Shown: positions 37,539-48,226 of the stretch, piece after piece
Layout: the number at the start of each line of letters is the position of its first letter
How positions within the stretch are numbered: position 1 is the first letter of the stretch
Origin: an uncultured bacterium
Lineage (GTDB): Bacteria; SAR324; NAC60-12
Reading direction: 5' to 3'
Assembly (NCBI GenBank): GCA_965662235.1
Contig: CBFIGY010000002.1
Location: forward strand, 192,001 to 256,000
DNA: 64,000 nucleotides
Notes under the pieces: generated by a model
What the model was told of the DNA's origin: nothing
The model's database searches: none
Seen by the model: the letters and a program-made list of their open reading frames with translations, nothing else
Made by a program: the position numbers and the translations under genes

Positions 37539-38675
37539 ATGAATTGGAGTGACTACTGGACCTTCTACCACGCCTCCGTGGTGCTCTTCTTTCTGGCTGT
37601 GCTGTTTCTGCTGATCCGCTGGATCTTCTTCCGCCGGCGTTCGGGCTCCAAGGAGCCTCGCCTGCGCTTCAAGCACTGGAACCGGCAGTTTGCCCAGAGC
37701 GAGGAACAGCTTCAGGACCTCCTGGAAGCCTTCCCCGCCCTTCCCAAGGAGGCTGCGAAGCTCATCCGGAAGCGACGGAAGCAGGACCAGAAGGCTGAAA
37801 AGCAGGACCAGCAGTCGCAGCAGGCTGAGCAGACCGCCGCCATTCAGAAGGCTCTGGATGCCGGGCTGTCGAGTAAGGAGGTGCTCCAGCAGAACTCCAA
37901 CCGCATCTATGTGCTGGACTTCAAAGGCAACGTCATGGCCAGTGAGGTGGAGCAGCTGCGTGACGAGATCACCTTCCTCATTCAGGTCGCCACGCCTTCG
38001 GACGAGATTGTCCTGCGCCTCAACAGTCCCGGAGGAGCCGTGGCGCAGTATGGGCTCGCCAGCTCTCAAGTGGCACGGCTCCGGCAGGCTGGGCTGAAGT
38101 GCGTGGTCTGCGTGGACGTTGTTGCTGCCAGCGGGGGCTACATGATGGCTGCCGCAGCGGACCGCATCATCGCAGCCCCGTTTGCCTTCATCGGCTCCAT
38201 CGGGGTGGTTGCCGGCATGCCCAACTTCCACCGGATTCTGCAGAAGAACGAAGTGGACTACCACCTCTTCACAGCCGGCAAGTACAAACGCACCGTCACC
38301 CCCTTCACCGAGGTCCGGGAGGAACACAAGGAGAAGCTGCAGGAAAACCTGGAGTCCATCCATGAAGCCTTCAAGAACCACATCCGGGAAACGCGACCCG
38401 AGTTGGCGCTGGACGAGGTCGCGACCGGTGAGGTCTGGCTGGGCTCTGAAGCCCTGGGCCTCAAGCTGATCGACGAGCTCTCCACCAGCGACGACTACCT
38501 GCTCCAGAAGGCGCAGGCCGGATGTGAGGTGATCGTCCTCTCAACGGAGGCTCCCGGGTCTCCCATGGAAAAAATCCTTCGCCGTACCGAGATGGTGCTA
38601 AGCCGGCTTTCCCCCTGGGGACAGCGTCCGGAAGCAACCTTCTGGGGCGGTTCCTCGTCTTCATCCCTCTCATGA
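37539..38675 (+). CDS. sohB: S49 family protease SohB
   Basis: VLDFKG, LNSPGG, VAASGGYMMA, GSIGV, TAGKYKRT, VATGE. Confidence 0.92.
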   Translation: MNWSDYWTFYHASVVLFFLAVLFLLIRWIFFRRRSGSKEPRLRFKHWNRQFAQSEEQLQDLLEAFPALPKEAAKLIRKRRKQDQKAEKQDQQSQQAEQTAAIQKALDAGLSSKEVLQQNSNRIYVLDFKGNVMASEVEQLRDEITFLIQVATPSDEIVLRLNSPGGAVAQYGLASSQVARLRQAGLKCVVCVDVVAASGGYMMAAAADRIIAAPFAFIGSIGVVAGMPNFHRILQKNEVDYHLFTAGKYKRTVTPFTEVREEHKEKLQENLESIHEAFKNHIRETRPELALDEVATGEVWLGSEALGLKLIDELSTSDDYLLQKAQAGCEVIVLSTEAPGSPMEKILRRTEMVLSRLSPWGQRPEATFWGGSSSSSLS

Positions 38676-39340
38676 AACGTTCTTTGATTCTCGGGAGCCT
38701 CGTGCTCCTCATGCTCTCCGCCTGCAAAGGCCCCGCGGTGTTCAGCGAAAGCAACCTTCTTCCCCACATGAAGCACCCCACGCTGGTGCTGCTTTCTGGA
38801 CGCCCCACCCTGATCCCCCGGACCGAATGGGCGACGTTGCTTCAAGACGTTGAGGCCCGGCTTCAGGCGATGCCCCAGTTTGGATCTCTGCTGGTCGCTG
38901 AGGCTCAGCAATCCATCTGGCAGCAGTCCCCCCAGCTCAAGCCTGCACAGGCGCAGTATCAGGCGACCCTGGCGGCCACCGGTGTGTCCGACAAGCAGCT
39001 GGCCCGCCAGCTTCAAGACGCCTATGGCACCAACCGGTTCCTGCTCCTTCAGTTTGAATCCTACTCCTGCACCAAGGAATGCCCCGGCACGCGACAGTGG
39101 TTGATCCGCCTGACCGTCTTGAATCCGGAGTCCGGCAAGCCCGTCTACCGCATCCGCACACAGCGTCAGCTGACCAGCGAGGAAGAGGCTCCGGAAGCCG
39201 CCCGCGAGTTGGCTCAGACCCTGATCTTTGACCTCCTGCAGCAATTTCAATCCGAGTTCACCGTTCCCTGGCATCAGTGGCGCTTTGAGCACCTCAGGCG
39301 TCCCGAAGAGCGCATCGAACGGGCTTCCCTCGGTCTTTAA
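38672..39340 (+). CDS. Hypothetical lipoprotein
   Basis: Lipobox LSAC; start overlaps the sohB stop. Confidence 0.7.
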   Translation: MKRSLILGSLVLLMLSACKGPAVFSESNLLPHMKHPTLVLLSGRPTLIPRTEWATLLQDVEARLQAMPQFGSLLVAEAQQSIWQQSPQLKPAQAQYQATLAATGVSDKQLARQLQDAYGTNRFLLLQFESYSCTKECPGTRQWLIRLTVLNPESGKPVYRIRTQRQLTSEEEAPEAARELAQTLIFDLLQQFQSEFTVPWHQWRFEHLRRPEERIERASLGL

Positions 39341-39359
39341 CCCCTGCAACCAATTCCTC

Positions 39360-40031
39360 ATGCACTACTCTGAATGGGCCTCCCGCTGGGAGCAAAACCG
39401 CATTGGGTTCCATGTTCCTGAAGTCAACCCCCGCCTGATCCGCTACGCCGAGGTGCTCCTCACTCCCCGTCCGGAACGCATCCTGGTGCCGCTCTGTGGC
39501 AAGAGCCTCGACCTGCTGTGGCTGATGGAACGGGCAGACGAGGTGGTTGGTGTGGAGTTGATTCCAAAAGCGATCCATGACTTCTTTGCCGAACATCACC
39601 TTGAGGCCACAGAAGAAGACGCCGGCCCCCTGAAGCGGCACCGGTACCAGAACCTCTGCATTTACGAAGGAGACATGATGGACCTCACTCCGGAGGTTGC
39701 TGGAACCTTTGATGCCATCTATGACCGTGCCGCCTTGATCGCCCTGGATCCCGATGAGCGCGCCACCTACCGTCCCCACCTGCTGAGGTTTCTCCGACCA
39801 GAAGGGCACATGCTGCTGATCACGCTAGACTACCTGCCCCGGACCGGAGGCCCTCCGTATAGCGTCAGCGAAGACGAGGTCCGGGAGTTCCTAGCCCCGC
39901 ACGGGGTGCTGGAAGAAGTGGAGCACTATGACGCCTTTGAGGAAAGCACCAACCTCCGGCAACGGGGCGTGACGCAGATCTACGAAAACGCGTACCGCTT
40001 CATCAAGCACCCGCTTCCACAGGAGGGCTGA
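39360..40031 (+). CDS. tpm: Thiopurine S-methyltransferase
   Basis: RWEQNRIGFH, VPLCGKSLD, YDRAALIAL, GPPYSV. Confidence 0.92.
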   Translation: MHYSEWASRWEQNRIGFHVPEVNPRLIRYAEVLLTPRPERILVPLCGKSLDLLWLMERADEVVGVELIPKAIHDFFAEHHLEATEEDAGPLKRHRYQNLCIYEGDMMDLTPEVAGTFDAIYDRAALIALDPDERATYRPHLLRFLRPEGHMLLITLDYLPRTGGPPYSVSEDEVREFLAPHGVLEEVEHYDAFEESTNLRQRGVTQIYENAYRFIKHPLPQEG

Positions 40032-40765
40032 TGGGCGTCCTTGCCGTCATTCCTGCGCGTTACGCGTCCACGCGCTTTCCCGGAAAACCTCTGGCGCCCA
40101 TTCTGGGAAAGCCCATGATTCAGCATGTGTGGGAACGGGTCACGCAGGTGCCTTCCATTGAGAAGGTCCTGGTCGCAACAGACGACGAGCGGATTGCCGC
40201 CGCGGTCCAAGCGTTCGGAGGCGAGGTTGCGTTGACCTCGGCCGATCATGAAACCGGAACCGATCGCATCGTCGAGGCCGTCGCCGACCAGCCCCACGAC
40301 TGGGTGCTCAACGTACAGGGGGACGAGCCCACGCTGCGGGGGGAGGACCTTGAGCGGCTTATTCAAGCGGCCACTGCTCGTCCGGAGCTTCCTGTAGCAA
40401 CGCTGATGTTCCGCATCACGGATCCGGAGCAGCTCCACGATCCCAACATCGTCAAGGTCACCGTGGCTGCCAACGGGCAGGCCCTTTATTTTTCCCGGTC
40501 CCTCATTCCCTACCCGCGGCAGCCTCCGGAAGGAGGACCGGTCGCTTGGAGGCACCTGGGGGTGTACCTGTTCCGACGAAACTTTCTTCTCGAGTACTCA
40601 CGCTGGCCTCGGACGCCCCTGGAACAGTGCGAGCAGCTGGAGCAGCTGCGGATTTTGGAAAATGGGCACGCCATTCTTTGTGTGGAAGCTCAAGCAGATG
40701 GCGTGGGAGTCGATGTGCCAGAGGACATTTTGCGGGTGGAAAACCTGCTGAAAACAGGTCACTGA
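40031..40765 (+). CDS. kdsB: 3-deoxy-manno-octulosonate cytidylyltransferase
   Basis: IPARYASTRFPGKPL, NVQGDEP, ALYFSRS, LEQLRILE. Confidence 0.95.
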   Translation: MGVLAVIPARYASTRFPGKPLAPILGKPMIQHVWERVTQVPSIEKVLVATDDERIAAAVQAFGGEVALTSADHETGTDRIVEAVADQPHDWVLNVQGDEPTLRGEDLERLIQAATARPELPVATLMFRITDPEQLHDPNIVKVTVAANGQALYFSRSLIPYPRQPPEGGPVAWRHLGVYLFRRNFLLEYSRWPRTPLEQCEQLEQLRILENGHAILCVEAQADGVGVDVPEDILRVENLLKTGH

Positions 40766-40865
40766 ATGGAAAATCCGCTCTTCCGGAAAGACGGGAAAAA
40801 TCTTGCCTTGCCCAAGGAGCTGTCATAGGATGGCCAGCTTGTTCACCTCCTCTTGACTGCTGTTG

Positions 40866-41669
40866 ATGCTGACGGAAACCAAACCCGCCCCAACCGTTCC
40901 TGCTTCCGAGCCCGCCTTTGCCGACCAGATTGATCTGGATCGCCTTCCCCAGCACATTGCCATCATCATGGATGGCAACGGACGGTGGGCCAAGAAACGC
41001 CTGTTCCCCCGTTTTCAGGGACACCGGAATGCGGTTCGGGCGGTCCGAGACACCGTTGAGATCGCGGTTGAGCTGAAGCTCCCCGTTCTCACCCTCTACG
41101 CCTTCTCGACCGAAAACTGGTCGCGCCCGAAACGGGAAGTGTCCACCCTGATGGACCTGTTTGCCGAGTACCTCGACAAGGAACTCGCAACCATGCTGCA
41201 GCACGGGGTCCGCTTCCGGGTGCTGGGAGACCGAAATGGGCTTCCGGACTTTGTCCAAGAGCGGCTTTCCAAAGCACTTGCTGCGACAGCCGCCAACCCG
41301 GGGCTGCTCCTCAACCTGGCTGTCAACTATGGCGGACGGGCGGAACTGGTTCGAGGCATGCGCCTGATTGCAGAACAGGTCCGGGCGGGACAGCTTGCCC
41401 CAGACGACATCACAGAGGCGCTTGTCTCTGACTACACCTACACGGCTGGGGTGCCCGACCCAGACCTGATCATCCGGACAAGCGGCGAGCAACGGACGTC
41501 AAACTTCCTGACCTGGCAATCGGCTTACTCGGAGCTTTACTTCACGGAAACCCTCTGGCCCGACTTCACCAAGGCTGACTTTGTGGAAGCCATCCGGGTC
41601 TTCCAGTCCCGGGACCGGAGGATGGGAGGGGTTCCTTCCGCAGACCCTGAGGACCACGAGGCGCTATGA
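40866..41669 (+). CDS. uppS: Undecaprenyl diphosphate synthase
   Basis: HIAIIMDGNGRWA, AFSTENW, NYGGR, IRTSGEQR. Confidence 0.96.
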   Translation: MLTETKPAPTVPASEPAFADQIDLDRLPQHIAIIMDGNGRWAKKRLFPRFQGHRNAVRAVRDTVEIAVELKLPVLTLYAFSTENWSRPKREVSTLMDLFAEYLDKELATMLQHGVRFRVLGDRNGLPDFVQERLSKALAATAANPGLLLNLAVNYGGRAELVRGMRLIAEQVRAGQLAPDDITEALVSDYTYTAGVPDPDLIIRTSGEQRTSNFLTWQSAYSELYFTETLWPDFTKADFVEAIRVFQSRDRRMGGVPSADPEDHEAL

Positions 41670-42487
41670 TCCCTGAGGCATTTAAAAATCCGGACGTCCT
41701 GACCCGTGTCAAGAGCGGCGTTCCCTTGGCCTTGGGAGCAGTGTTGCTGCTCGGGTATGCCCCCTTCAGCTGGGTGGCCACCATGGTCCTGGTGGTGGGC
41801 GTGATTGGGGCTTGGGAGTTTCAGCAGATGTTTGCCCAAACACCGGGACGCCTCCCCGGAGGCCTGCTTCCACTAGCGTCACTGCTCTGCGGGCTCAGTG
41901 CCGTGTTCGGAGGCGTTGCCGGCCTCAGCGCCGGGCTGCTCATCACCGTCGTCCTCTGGCTGGTGCATGAGTTGATCTACCGGCCCAAGGTCGCTCTGAT
42001 GGAGCTCTACTCCATGGGCATTGGTCTCTTTGGCCTGCTCTGGGTCGTGTGGTCCATTCAGCACTTCACCCTCATCCGGGCCCTCTCTGAAGGCACCGCG
42101 CTGCTCTTCTTCCTCCTGCTGGTGATTTCCTTTAGCGACATTGCCGCCTACTTCGGAGGCAAGCGGTGGGGCAAGACCAAGCTCGCTCCAACAATCAGTC
42201 CCAAAAAAACCTGGGAAGGCAGTGCCTGCGGAGTCGCCGTGGCAGCCCTGATCGGACTCCTCCACGCCGGGATCTTCTTGACCTTAACCTGGCAGGCCGC
42301 TTTACTGCTGGCAGTGAGTACCGCCATCGTTGGTCAAATTGGTGACCTCGTGGAGTCCAAGATCAAGCGCCTGTGTGAGGTTAAGGACTCCGGGGCCCTG
42401 CTCCCCGGACATGGAGGCATCTTGGACCGCATTGACGGACACCTCCTAGCGGCGCCTCTGTTCTACTACCTCATGCTCCTGACATGA
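41666..42487 (+). CDS. cdsA: Phosphatidate cytidylyltransferase
   Basis: ISPKKTWEG, GDLVES, KDSG..PGHGGILDR. Confidence 0.95.
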   Translation: MIPEAFKNPDVLTRVKSGVPLALGAVLLLGYAPFSWVATMVLVVGVIGAWEFQQMFAQTPGRLPGGLLPLASLLCGLSAVFGGVAGLSAGLLITVVLWLVHELIYRPKVALMELYSMGIGLFGLLWVVWSIQHFTLIRALSEGTALLFFLLLVISFSDIAAYFGGKRWGKTKLAPTISPKKTWEGSACGVAVAALIGLLHAGIFLTLTWQAALLLAVSTAIVGQIGDLVESKIKRLCEVKDSGALLPGHGGILDRIDGHLLAAPLFYYLMLLT

Positions 42488-43689
42488 CCTCTGGAAAGCG
42501 TCTTGCGGTTCTCGGATCCACCGGCTCCATTGGAACCAGTACCCTGGACATCGTCCGGCAATTTCCGGAAGCCTTCTCCCTCCATGCCCTGACCTGCCAC
42601 TCCTCCGTTGATCGCCTGGCGGAGCAAATTCGCGAATTCCAGCCTTCTGTGGTGTGCGTTCACGACGAAAAAGACGCAGCCGCTCTACGGGAAAGCTTTC
42701 CGAACGTGACCGTGCTCGCGGGTCCGGAAGCGCTGGGGGAGGTGGCCGCCGACGATGCAGTGGACCTAGTGGTCGCCGGAATCGTAGGCGCTGCTGGGCT
42801 GGGCTCCGTCTTTGCTGCCGTCCGCGCCGGGAAGCCGGTTGCGATGGCCAACAAGGAGCCTCTGGTGCTTGCCGGTGAGTTGCTCCTGCAGGAAGCGGAA
42901 CGCACTGGAGCCGTCTTGCTGCCGACTGACAGCGAACACAACGCCATCTTCCAGGCGCTCCAGGGACAGCAACAGGACCGCGTCAAGCGCCTCATCCTTA
43001 CCGCCTCCGGAGGAGCCTTCCGAGACCGTCCCCTTGAAACCTTCGACGCCATCCGTCCGGAAGAAGCTCTGGCGCATCCAAACTGGAGCATGGGCCCCAA
43101 GATTACAGTGGACTCTGCAACCATGATGAACAAGGGGCTCGAAGTGATTGAGGCCCACTGGTTGTTTCAGGTACCTGTGACAGCGATTGAAGTGGTCCTC
43201 CACCGCCAGAGCATCGTCCACTCACTGGTCGAGTACGTCGACGGCTCTTTCCTAGCTCAGCTGGGGCAGCCGGACATGCGCATTCCCATCTCCTACTGCC
43301 TGGCCTATCCAGACCGCCTGCCGATCACGCTTCCGGAGTTGGACATTGCCACCCTGGGCGCCCTCAACTTCCAGCCTCTAGACCCGCAACGTTACCCCTG
43401 TCTGCAGCTGGCCGTTGAGGCCGCTCAGCACGGAGGCAGCGCCCCAGCTGTGCTCAACGGAGCCAATGAGGTCGCGGTCGATGCCTTCCTCGAAAACCGG
43501 TGCCGTTTCACCGACATCGCCGCCATCCTCCGCAGGGTTCTTGACCTGTGGCACACAACCCTTCAAACTGAACAGCATCCTGTGTTTCTCCAAGCGCCCC
43601 AGGAGATCCGTGACGCCATTGCGGCGGATGCTTGGGGACGTGCCCAAGCCGAGCAGTGGCTTGAGGCATCGGCAACGACTGTTTCCTAG
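42484..43689 (+). CDS. dxr: 1-deoxy-D-xylulose-5-phosphate reductoisomerase
   Basis: LGSTGSIG, ANKE, DSEH, HPNWSMGPKITVDSATMMNKG. Confidence 0.97.
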   Translation: MTSGKRLAVLGSTGSIGTSTLDIVRQFPEAFSLHALTCHSSVDRLAEQIREFQPSVVCVHDEKDAAALRESFPNVTVLAGPEALGEVAADDAVDLVVAGIVGAAGLGSVFAAVRAGKPVAMANKEPLVLAGELLLQEAERTGAVLLPTDSEHNAIFQALQGQQQDRVKRLILTASGGAFRDRPLETFDAIRPEEALAHPNWSMGPKITVDSATMMNKGLEVIEAHWLFQVPVTAIEVVLHRQSIVHSLVEYVDGSFLAQLGQPDMRIPISYCLAYPDRLPITLPELDIATLGALNFQPLDPQRYPCLQLAVEAAQHGGSAPAVLNGANEVAVDAFLENRCRFTDIAAILRRVLDLWHTTLQTEQHPVFLQAPQEIRDAIAADAWGRAQAEQWLEASATTVS

Positions 43690-43709
43690 AACCTCTCCAA
43701 GGCACCCTT

Positions 43710-45014
43710 ATGACCACCATTGTCATTTTTCTGCTGGTTCTGAGCTTCTTGGTCTTCATCCATGAGTTGGGCCACTACTTGGCGGCACGGCACGTTGGGG
43801 TTCGGGTGGAATCCTTCTCCATTGGGTTTCCTCCCAGGGTCTGGAGCAAGCGGGTCGGAGACACCGAGTACATGCTCTCGGCCATTCCCCTCGGAGGCTA
43901 CGTCCGTCTTTATGGACAAAACGTTGACGACGAGGACCCGACGGATCCGCAAAACTATGCCGCCAAGACCCGGCTGCAGCGCCTCTACATCCTCGTGGCC
44001 GGTCCTGCAGCCAATCTGCTGCTCGCCCTGATCTTCATGCCGTTGGTGTTCTGGATGGGAACCGAGGTTCCGGTGTACCTGAAGGAGCCCGCCAAGATCA
44101 GCTCTGTCACCGAAGGCAGTGTCGCTGCCGACCTAGGGCTGCAGGCACAGGACTGGGTGGTTTCCCTCAATGGCCAACCGACGCCCACTTGGCAGGCGGT
44201 CAACGACTCCCTCGCACAACTCGGTCCGGGCGCCACGCTGCAGATCGAGTACGACCGTCAGGGTGAGCTGCTGGACGCCAGCGTTCCGGCAGAACGCTTC
44301 CAGCGCGAAGGCTCCCTTGGGTGGTCTCCGCTGATTCCACCAGTGGTCGGACGCCTGGTCCCTGAGTCGCCTGCTGCCGCGGCCGGACTGCAACCGGGAG
44401 ACCGCATCCTCTCCATCAACGGAGTGGCCATCACCGAATGGTCACAGATCACGCAAACCGTGATGGACCTCGAAGCGAGCTACGAAACACCGGTGCCTCT
44501 GACCCTGGAAGTCGACCGCAACGGAGCCCCCTGGGAAGCCCAGCTCACGCCGTACCTGGATCCGGAATCCGATCGGCTGTTGCTTGGAATGGGAATGGCG
44601 ATGGAAAACCGGAGCTTTCCCGTGGGAGAGGCGATCACCCGAGGCGTGGACCGACTGGGCTTCATGATTGGAGCCACCTTCGGCTTCATTGGCCAGATGC
44701 TCTCTGGTCAAGGCTCCATGGATGACCTGGGCGGCCCTGTCCGGATTGGCATGGTGGTGGGTCAGGCCGCAGAAAATGGCTGGACGGAACTGTTCTTCAT
44801 GATGGCGGTGATCAGCCTGCAGCTTGGCATCTTCAACCTCCTCCCCATCCCTGCACTGGATGGCGGACACATCCTCATGCTCGGCGTGGAGAAGCTCAAG
44901 GGCGGCCCCCTCAGTGCCACCCTCCGGGAGCGGACGCAGATGCTCGGCTTCTCTGTGCTGCTGGCGCTGATGCTGTTTGTGACCTACAACGACCTCATTC
45001 AGGTCGTCAACTGA
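43710..45014 (+). CDS. rseP: RIP metalloprotease RseP
   Basis: HELGH, two PDZ domains, NLLPIPALDGG. Confidence 0.95.
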   Translation: MTTIVIFLLVLSFLVFIHELGHYLAARHVGVRVESFSIGFPPRVWSKRVGDTEYMLSAIPLGGYVRLYGQNVDDEDPTDPQNYAAKTRLQRLYILVAGPAANLLLALIFMPLVFWMGTEVPVYLKEPAKISSVTEGSVAADLGLQAQDWVVSLNGQPTPTWQAVNDSLAQLGPGATLQIEYDRQGELLDASVPAERFQREGSLGWSPLIPPVVGRLVPESPAAAAGLQPGDRILSINGVAITEWSQITQTVMDLEASYETPVPLTLEVDRNGAPWEAQLTPYLDPESDRLLLGMGMAMENRSFPVGEAITRGVDRLGFMIGATFGFIGQMLSGQGSMDDLGGPVRIGMVVGQAAENGWTELFFMMAVISLQLGIFNLLPIPALDGGHILMLGVEKLKGGPLSATLRERTQMLGFSVLLALMLFVTYNDLIQVVN

Positions 45015-45062
45015 CGCTCCGGGGCCTTCCCCGTCTTCCCCTCTGATTCCAGGAGGCGTTGC

Positions 45063-46325
45063 TCAGAGGCGCGCCTCCACCCACTCTGCCCACGCCAGCG
45101 TTTCCGCATCCTTTCCCGGAGGTCCAAGCACCTGCACCCCGACCGGAAGCTGGTTTGGACCGGTTCCCACCGGCAGGTGAATGCCCGGACCGCCTAGGAC
45201 ATGCCAGATGCGATTGAAGAGCGGATTTCCGGTGTTGTCGATGCCGTACGGGGCCTCGCCTCCTGCACTCAGACTCAGAACCACGTCACACGTTTGAAAG
45301 ACTTCCGGAAGCCGCTGCTGGGCGGTCTGCACGGTTTGCTGAGCCTCCTCCCAAACCTGAAACGGCCACTCCAGCGCCGGTTCCAGAAGCCCCCGGATCC
45401 GGTCACTTAGGTTTTCCGGCTGACTGGAGAGTTCCGGAAGAGCACTCCGAGCCGACTCATAGACCTGAATCGTGCTTTGGGCCTGCGTCAGGGCGTCTTC
45501 ATCCACCGGAAACGTGATGTCCTGAACCGAGGCGCCTGAATCCCGGAGCGCCTGTGCGGTTTTTTCCAGCACCTTCTGCACAGAGGCCTCGGCCTTCTCC
45601 CAGTGCACGGTCCGGTGCAGTCCAATCCGGGGCGCCTGACCGGGTGCCGGCCGGGGGGCTTCTCCGAGCAACCCCTGGCGGATCAGCTTCAGGTCGGTCA
45701 CACAACGGGTGAAGAACCCCAGGGTGTCCAGCGAAGGCGCCATCAGCTTGGTTCCAGCAATCGGGAAGTGCCCAAAGGTGGGTTTGTAACCGACCACTCC
45801 GCAGAACGCTGCTGGGCGAATGACGGACCCGGCCGTCTGCGACCCCACCGCAAAGGGAGCCATCAGCGCTGCCACTGCAGCCGCCGACCCGCTGGACGAC
45901 CCACCAGGCGTGTGCTCCGGATTCACCGGATTTTTGGTGGGGCCAGGAGAGAACATCGCAAACTCGGTGGTGACGGTTTTTCCCATCAGCACCGCGCCGG
46001 CACGTCGCAGCGCCGCAACGCACGCGGCATCGGTTGCCGGCTGGTGGCCTTGGTAAGCCGCGCACCCGTATTCTGTGGGAAAATCACAGGTGTCGAGAAT
46101 ATCCTTCACTCCAACCGGAATGCCGTGCAGGGGGCCTCTCCGGGGAATGCGGTCGAGGATCTGCGCCTGTGCCAGAGCAACATCTGGAGCGAGGTACGCC
46201 CACGCCTGTAGCTCCGGCTCGCGCTGGCGAGAGTGCTCCAGGCAGTCGGCCACCAACTGTTCGCTGGTGATGTCACGACGTTCCAGCATCCGGGATGCTT
46301 CTGTCAGGGTAAGGTCAATGAGCAT
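45063..46325 (-). CDS. Amidase signature family protein
   Basis: GIPVGVKD, GGSSSGSAAAV, QTAGSVIRPA. Confidence 0.92.
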   Translation of the reverse strand: MLIDLTLTEASRMLERRDITSEQLVADCLEHSRQREPELQAWAYLAPDVALAQAQILDRIPRRGPLHGIPVGVKDILDTCDFPTEYGCAAYQGHQPATDAACVAALRRAGAVLMGKTVTTEFAMFSPGPTKNPVNPEHTPGGSSSGSAAAVAALMAPFAVGSQTAGSVIRPAAFCGVVGYKPTFGHFPIAGTKLMAPSLDTLGFFTRCVTDLKLIRQGLLGEAPRPAPGQAPRIGLHRTVHWEKAEASVQKVLEKTAQALRDSGASVQDITFPVDEDALTQAQSTIQVYESARSALPELSSQPENLSDRIRGLLEPALEWPFQVWEEAQQTVQTAQQRLPEVFQTCDVVLSLSAGGEAPYGIDNTGNPLFNRIWHVLGGPGIHLPVGTGPNQLPVGVQVLGPPGKDAETLAWAEWVEARL

Positions 46326-46346
46326 GGTCGGCAGTTGCGAGTGGGG

Positions 46347-47573
46347 TTAGGCGTCAGCGCCACGGGGAGCTGAGGCCAGACGAGCACGGAGGGTCCAGAT
46401 CAAGGCGAGCACCTGAGCTGCCAGCAGACCTCCCAGGGCCACCTGGTAGCCCACCGGGTCATAATGTCCGGAGGCGTCCACCGGCCAGAGGTCAATCAAG
46501 GCACCAATGCCCCACTGCACCGCAAAGGCGGCCACAAAAACGAGCAGGTTCAGGAGCGTGTTCACCCGTCCGGCAAGGTGACGTGGAAACTGCTGGGAGA
46601 GCCCTGCATACGGAAGAATGCCCGCCGTTGCAAAGAAGCTGAACCCAAGCAGCAGCACCAGCGGTGCCGCAGCCCATTCCAGGACCATCAGCAGCTGAAA
46701 GCCCATGAAGACCACCATGGCCACCAGCGAGATCTTCAGCGGAGGCAGTCCCAGGGTCCGGGAAATCCGGGCGGTCAGGGAGCCTAGTCCCATGAAGCCG
46801 GCGATCATGGCCAGGGTCATCCAGAAGAGCATCCCAGCCGCCTGATCGGCATCAAAGCCCAGCACGTCCCGCATCCACGGCTTCACCCACAGGCCCTGAA
46901 TCGCCAGCTGCGCGGCCTGTGAGAACATGGTCAGCGGAGCAATGCTCCAAAAGAGGGGGCTGCGGATGACACTCATCAGTCCCTGCCGTTGCTGCTCAAA
47001 GGTCTCAGGCTCGCCTTCCGGAGGACGCTCCGGGTGCACCAACCAGAGAAACGCAGAAGCGACCAGCGTTGCCACCGCCAGTCCCCAGAAAATGCCACGC
47101 CAGGTGGTGAAGTGCAGCGCCCACTGCAGAGGCGCCGTTGCGCTGAGGGCCCCGAGGCCTCCGGCCACCATCTGCAAACCGTTGATCAGGGGCAGGCGCT
47201 CTGGAGGAAACCACATGACGTACGCCTTGAATGCAGCCATCAGACATGCCGACACCCCAAACCCAATCAGCAGGCGTCCCAGAATGAGTCCCGAGAGGCC
47301 TTCTGCAGTCGCAAAGACCACGGCTCCGATGGCGGCGAAGAGGAGCAGCGTTCCCTCGGTTTTCCGGGTTCCAAACCGGTCCAGCAGCAGTCCCAGCGGA
47401 AGCTGAAAGGCGGCAAAGGAAATGAAGTAGGCGCTGGTCAGCAGTCCCAAACTCGACGCACTGAGCGCCAACTCGTCTACTAGGTCCGCTTCAATGATGG
47501 CGTTGGCATTCCGGAAGAAGTAGGAAAGGGCGTATCCCAGAGCAAGGGGCAGGTAAACACGGAGAAACAGCAT
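46347..47573 (-). CDS. MFS transporter
   Basis: About 12 TM segments, GLLLDRFGTR motif A. Confidence 0.9.
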   Translation of the reverse strand: MLFLRVYLPLALGYALSYFFRNANAIIEADLVDELALSASSLGLLTSAYFISFAAFQLPLGLLLDRFGTRKTEGTLLLFAAIGAVVFATAEGLSGLILGRLLIGFGVSACLMAAFKAYVMWFPPERLPLINGLQMVAGGLGALSATAPLQWALHFTTWRGIFWGLAVATLVASAFLWLVHPERPPEGEPETFEQQRQGLMSVIRSPLFWSIAPLTMFSQAAQLAIQGLWVKPWMRDVLGFDADQAAGMLFWMTLAMIAGFMGLGSLTARISRTLGLPPLKISLVAMVVFMGFQLLMVLEWAAAPLVLLLGFSFFATAGILPYAGLSQQFPRHLAGRVNTLLNLLVFVAAFAVQWGIGALIDLWPVDASGHYDPVGYQVALGGLLAAQVLALIWTLRARLASAPRGADA

Positions 47574-47584
47574 GCCAGAGGCTC

Positions 47585-48226
47585 CTAGAATTCGATGCCA
47601 ACCCGGGCCCGAACTCCCTGGTCGAAGTGATGCTTGACCTTGCGCATCTCTGTCACCACATCCGCCCGGGCCAGAACCTCCTCATGCGGGTAACGTCCGG
47701 TAAAGACCAGTTCCACCTGCTCCGGCCGGCCGTCCACCACCTTGAGGACCTGTTCCACATTGATGAGCCCACGGTGCAGGCAGTAGTTGATTTCATCGAC
47801 AATGACGAGGTCGTAGTCTCCGGAGTGCACCCGCTGATAGAGGTCTTCCATCTCAGGAACCATCTCGGCTCGCATGGCCTCAATGTCTTGCTTGACGTGC
47901 TTGCTGACACACAGGGCCCAGTAGTGGGGGACGTTCCGGAAGGTCAGGTTGGGATGAAAGCCGGGCTGGCCACAGAGCTTCAACTCCCCGGTTTTCCAGC
48001 GGGGCTTCAGCATCCGCAGGTAGTACACCTTCAGGCCCGCCCCCAGGGCGCGGAGCATCAGCCCCAAAGACGCGGTACTCTTGCCCTTGCCTTCGCCGGT
48101 GTAGATCTGAAAGGCCCCGTGCTTCATGCGGGGACGCTTGGTGACCTGCAGGGGTTCGCGCTCAAACGCTTCGGTCTCCTGCATCGCGTCGGGGTGCTCT
48201 TCCAGCCCCTGAGAAGTTGTGGTCAT
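47585..48226 (-). CDS. cobO: Cob(I)yrinic acid a,c-diamide adenosyltransferase (CobO/BtuR)
   Basis: IYTGEGKGKST, DLVIVDEIN, ELVFTGR, VTEMRKVKH, GIEF. Confidence 0.92.
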   Translation of the reverse strand: MTTTSQGLEEHPDAMQETEAFEREPLQVTKRPRMKHGAFQIYTGEGKGKSTASLGLMLRALGAGLKVYYLRMLKPRWKTGELKLCGQPGFHPNLTFRNVPHYWALCVSKHVKQDIEAMRAEMVPEMEDLYQRVHSGDYDLVIVDEINYCLHRGLINVEQVLKVVDGRPEQVELVFTGRYPHEEVLARADVVTEMRKVKHHFDQGVRARVGIEF

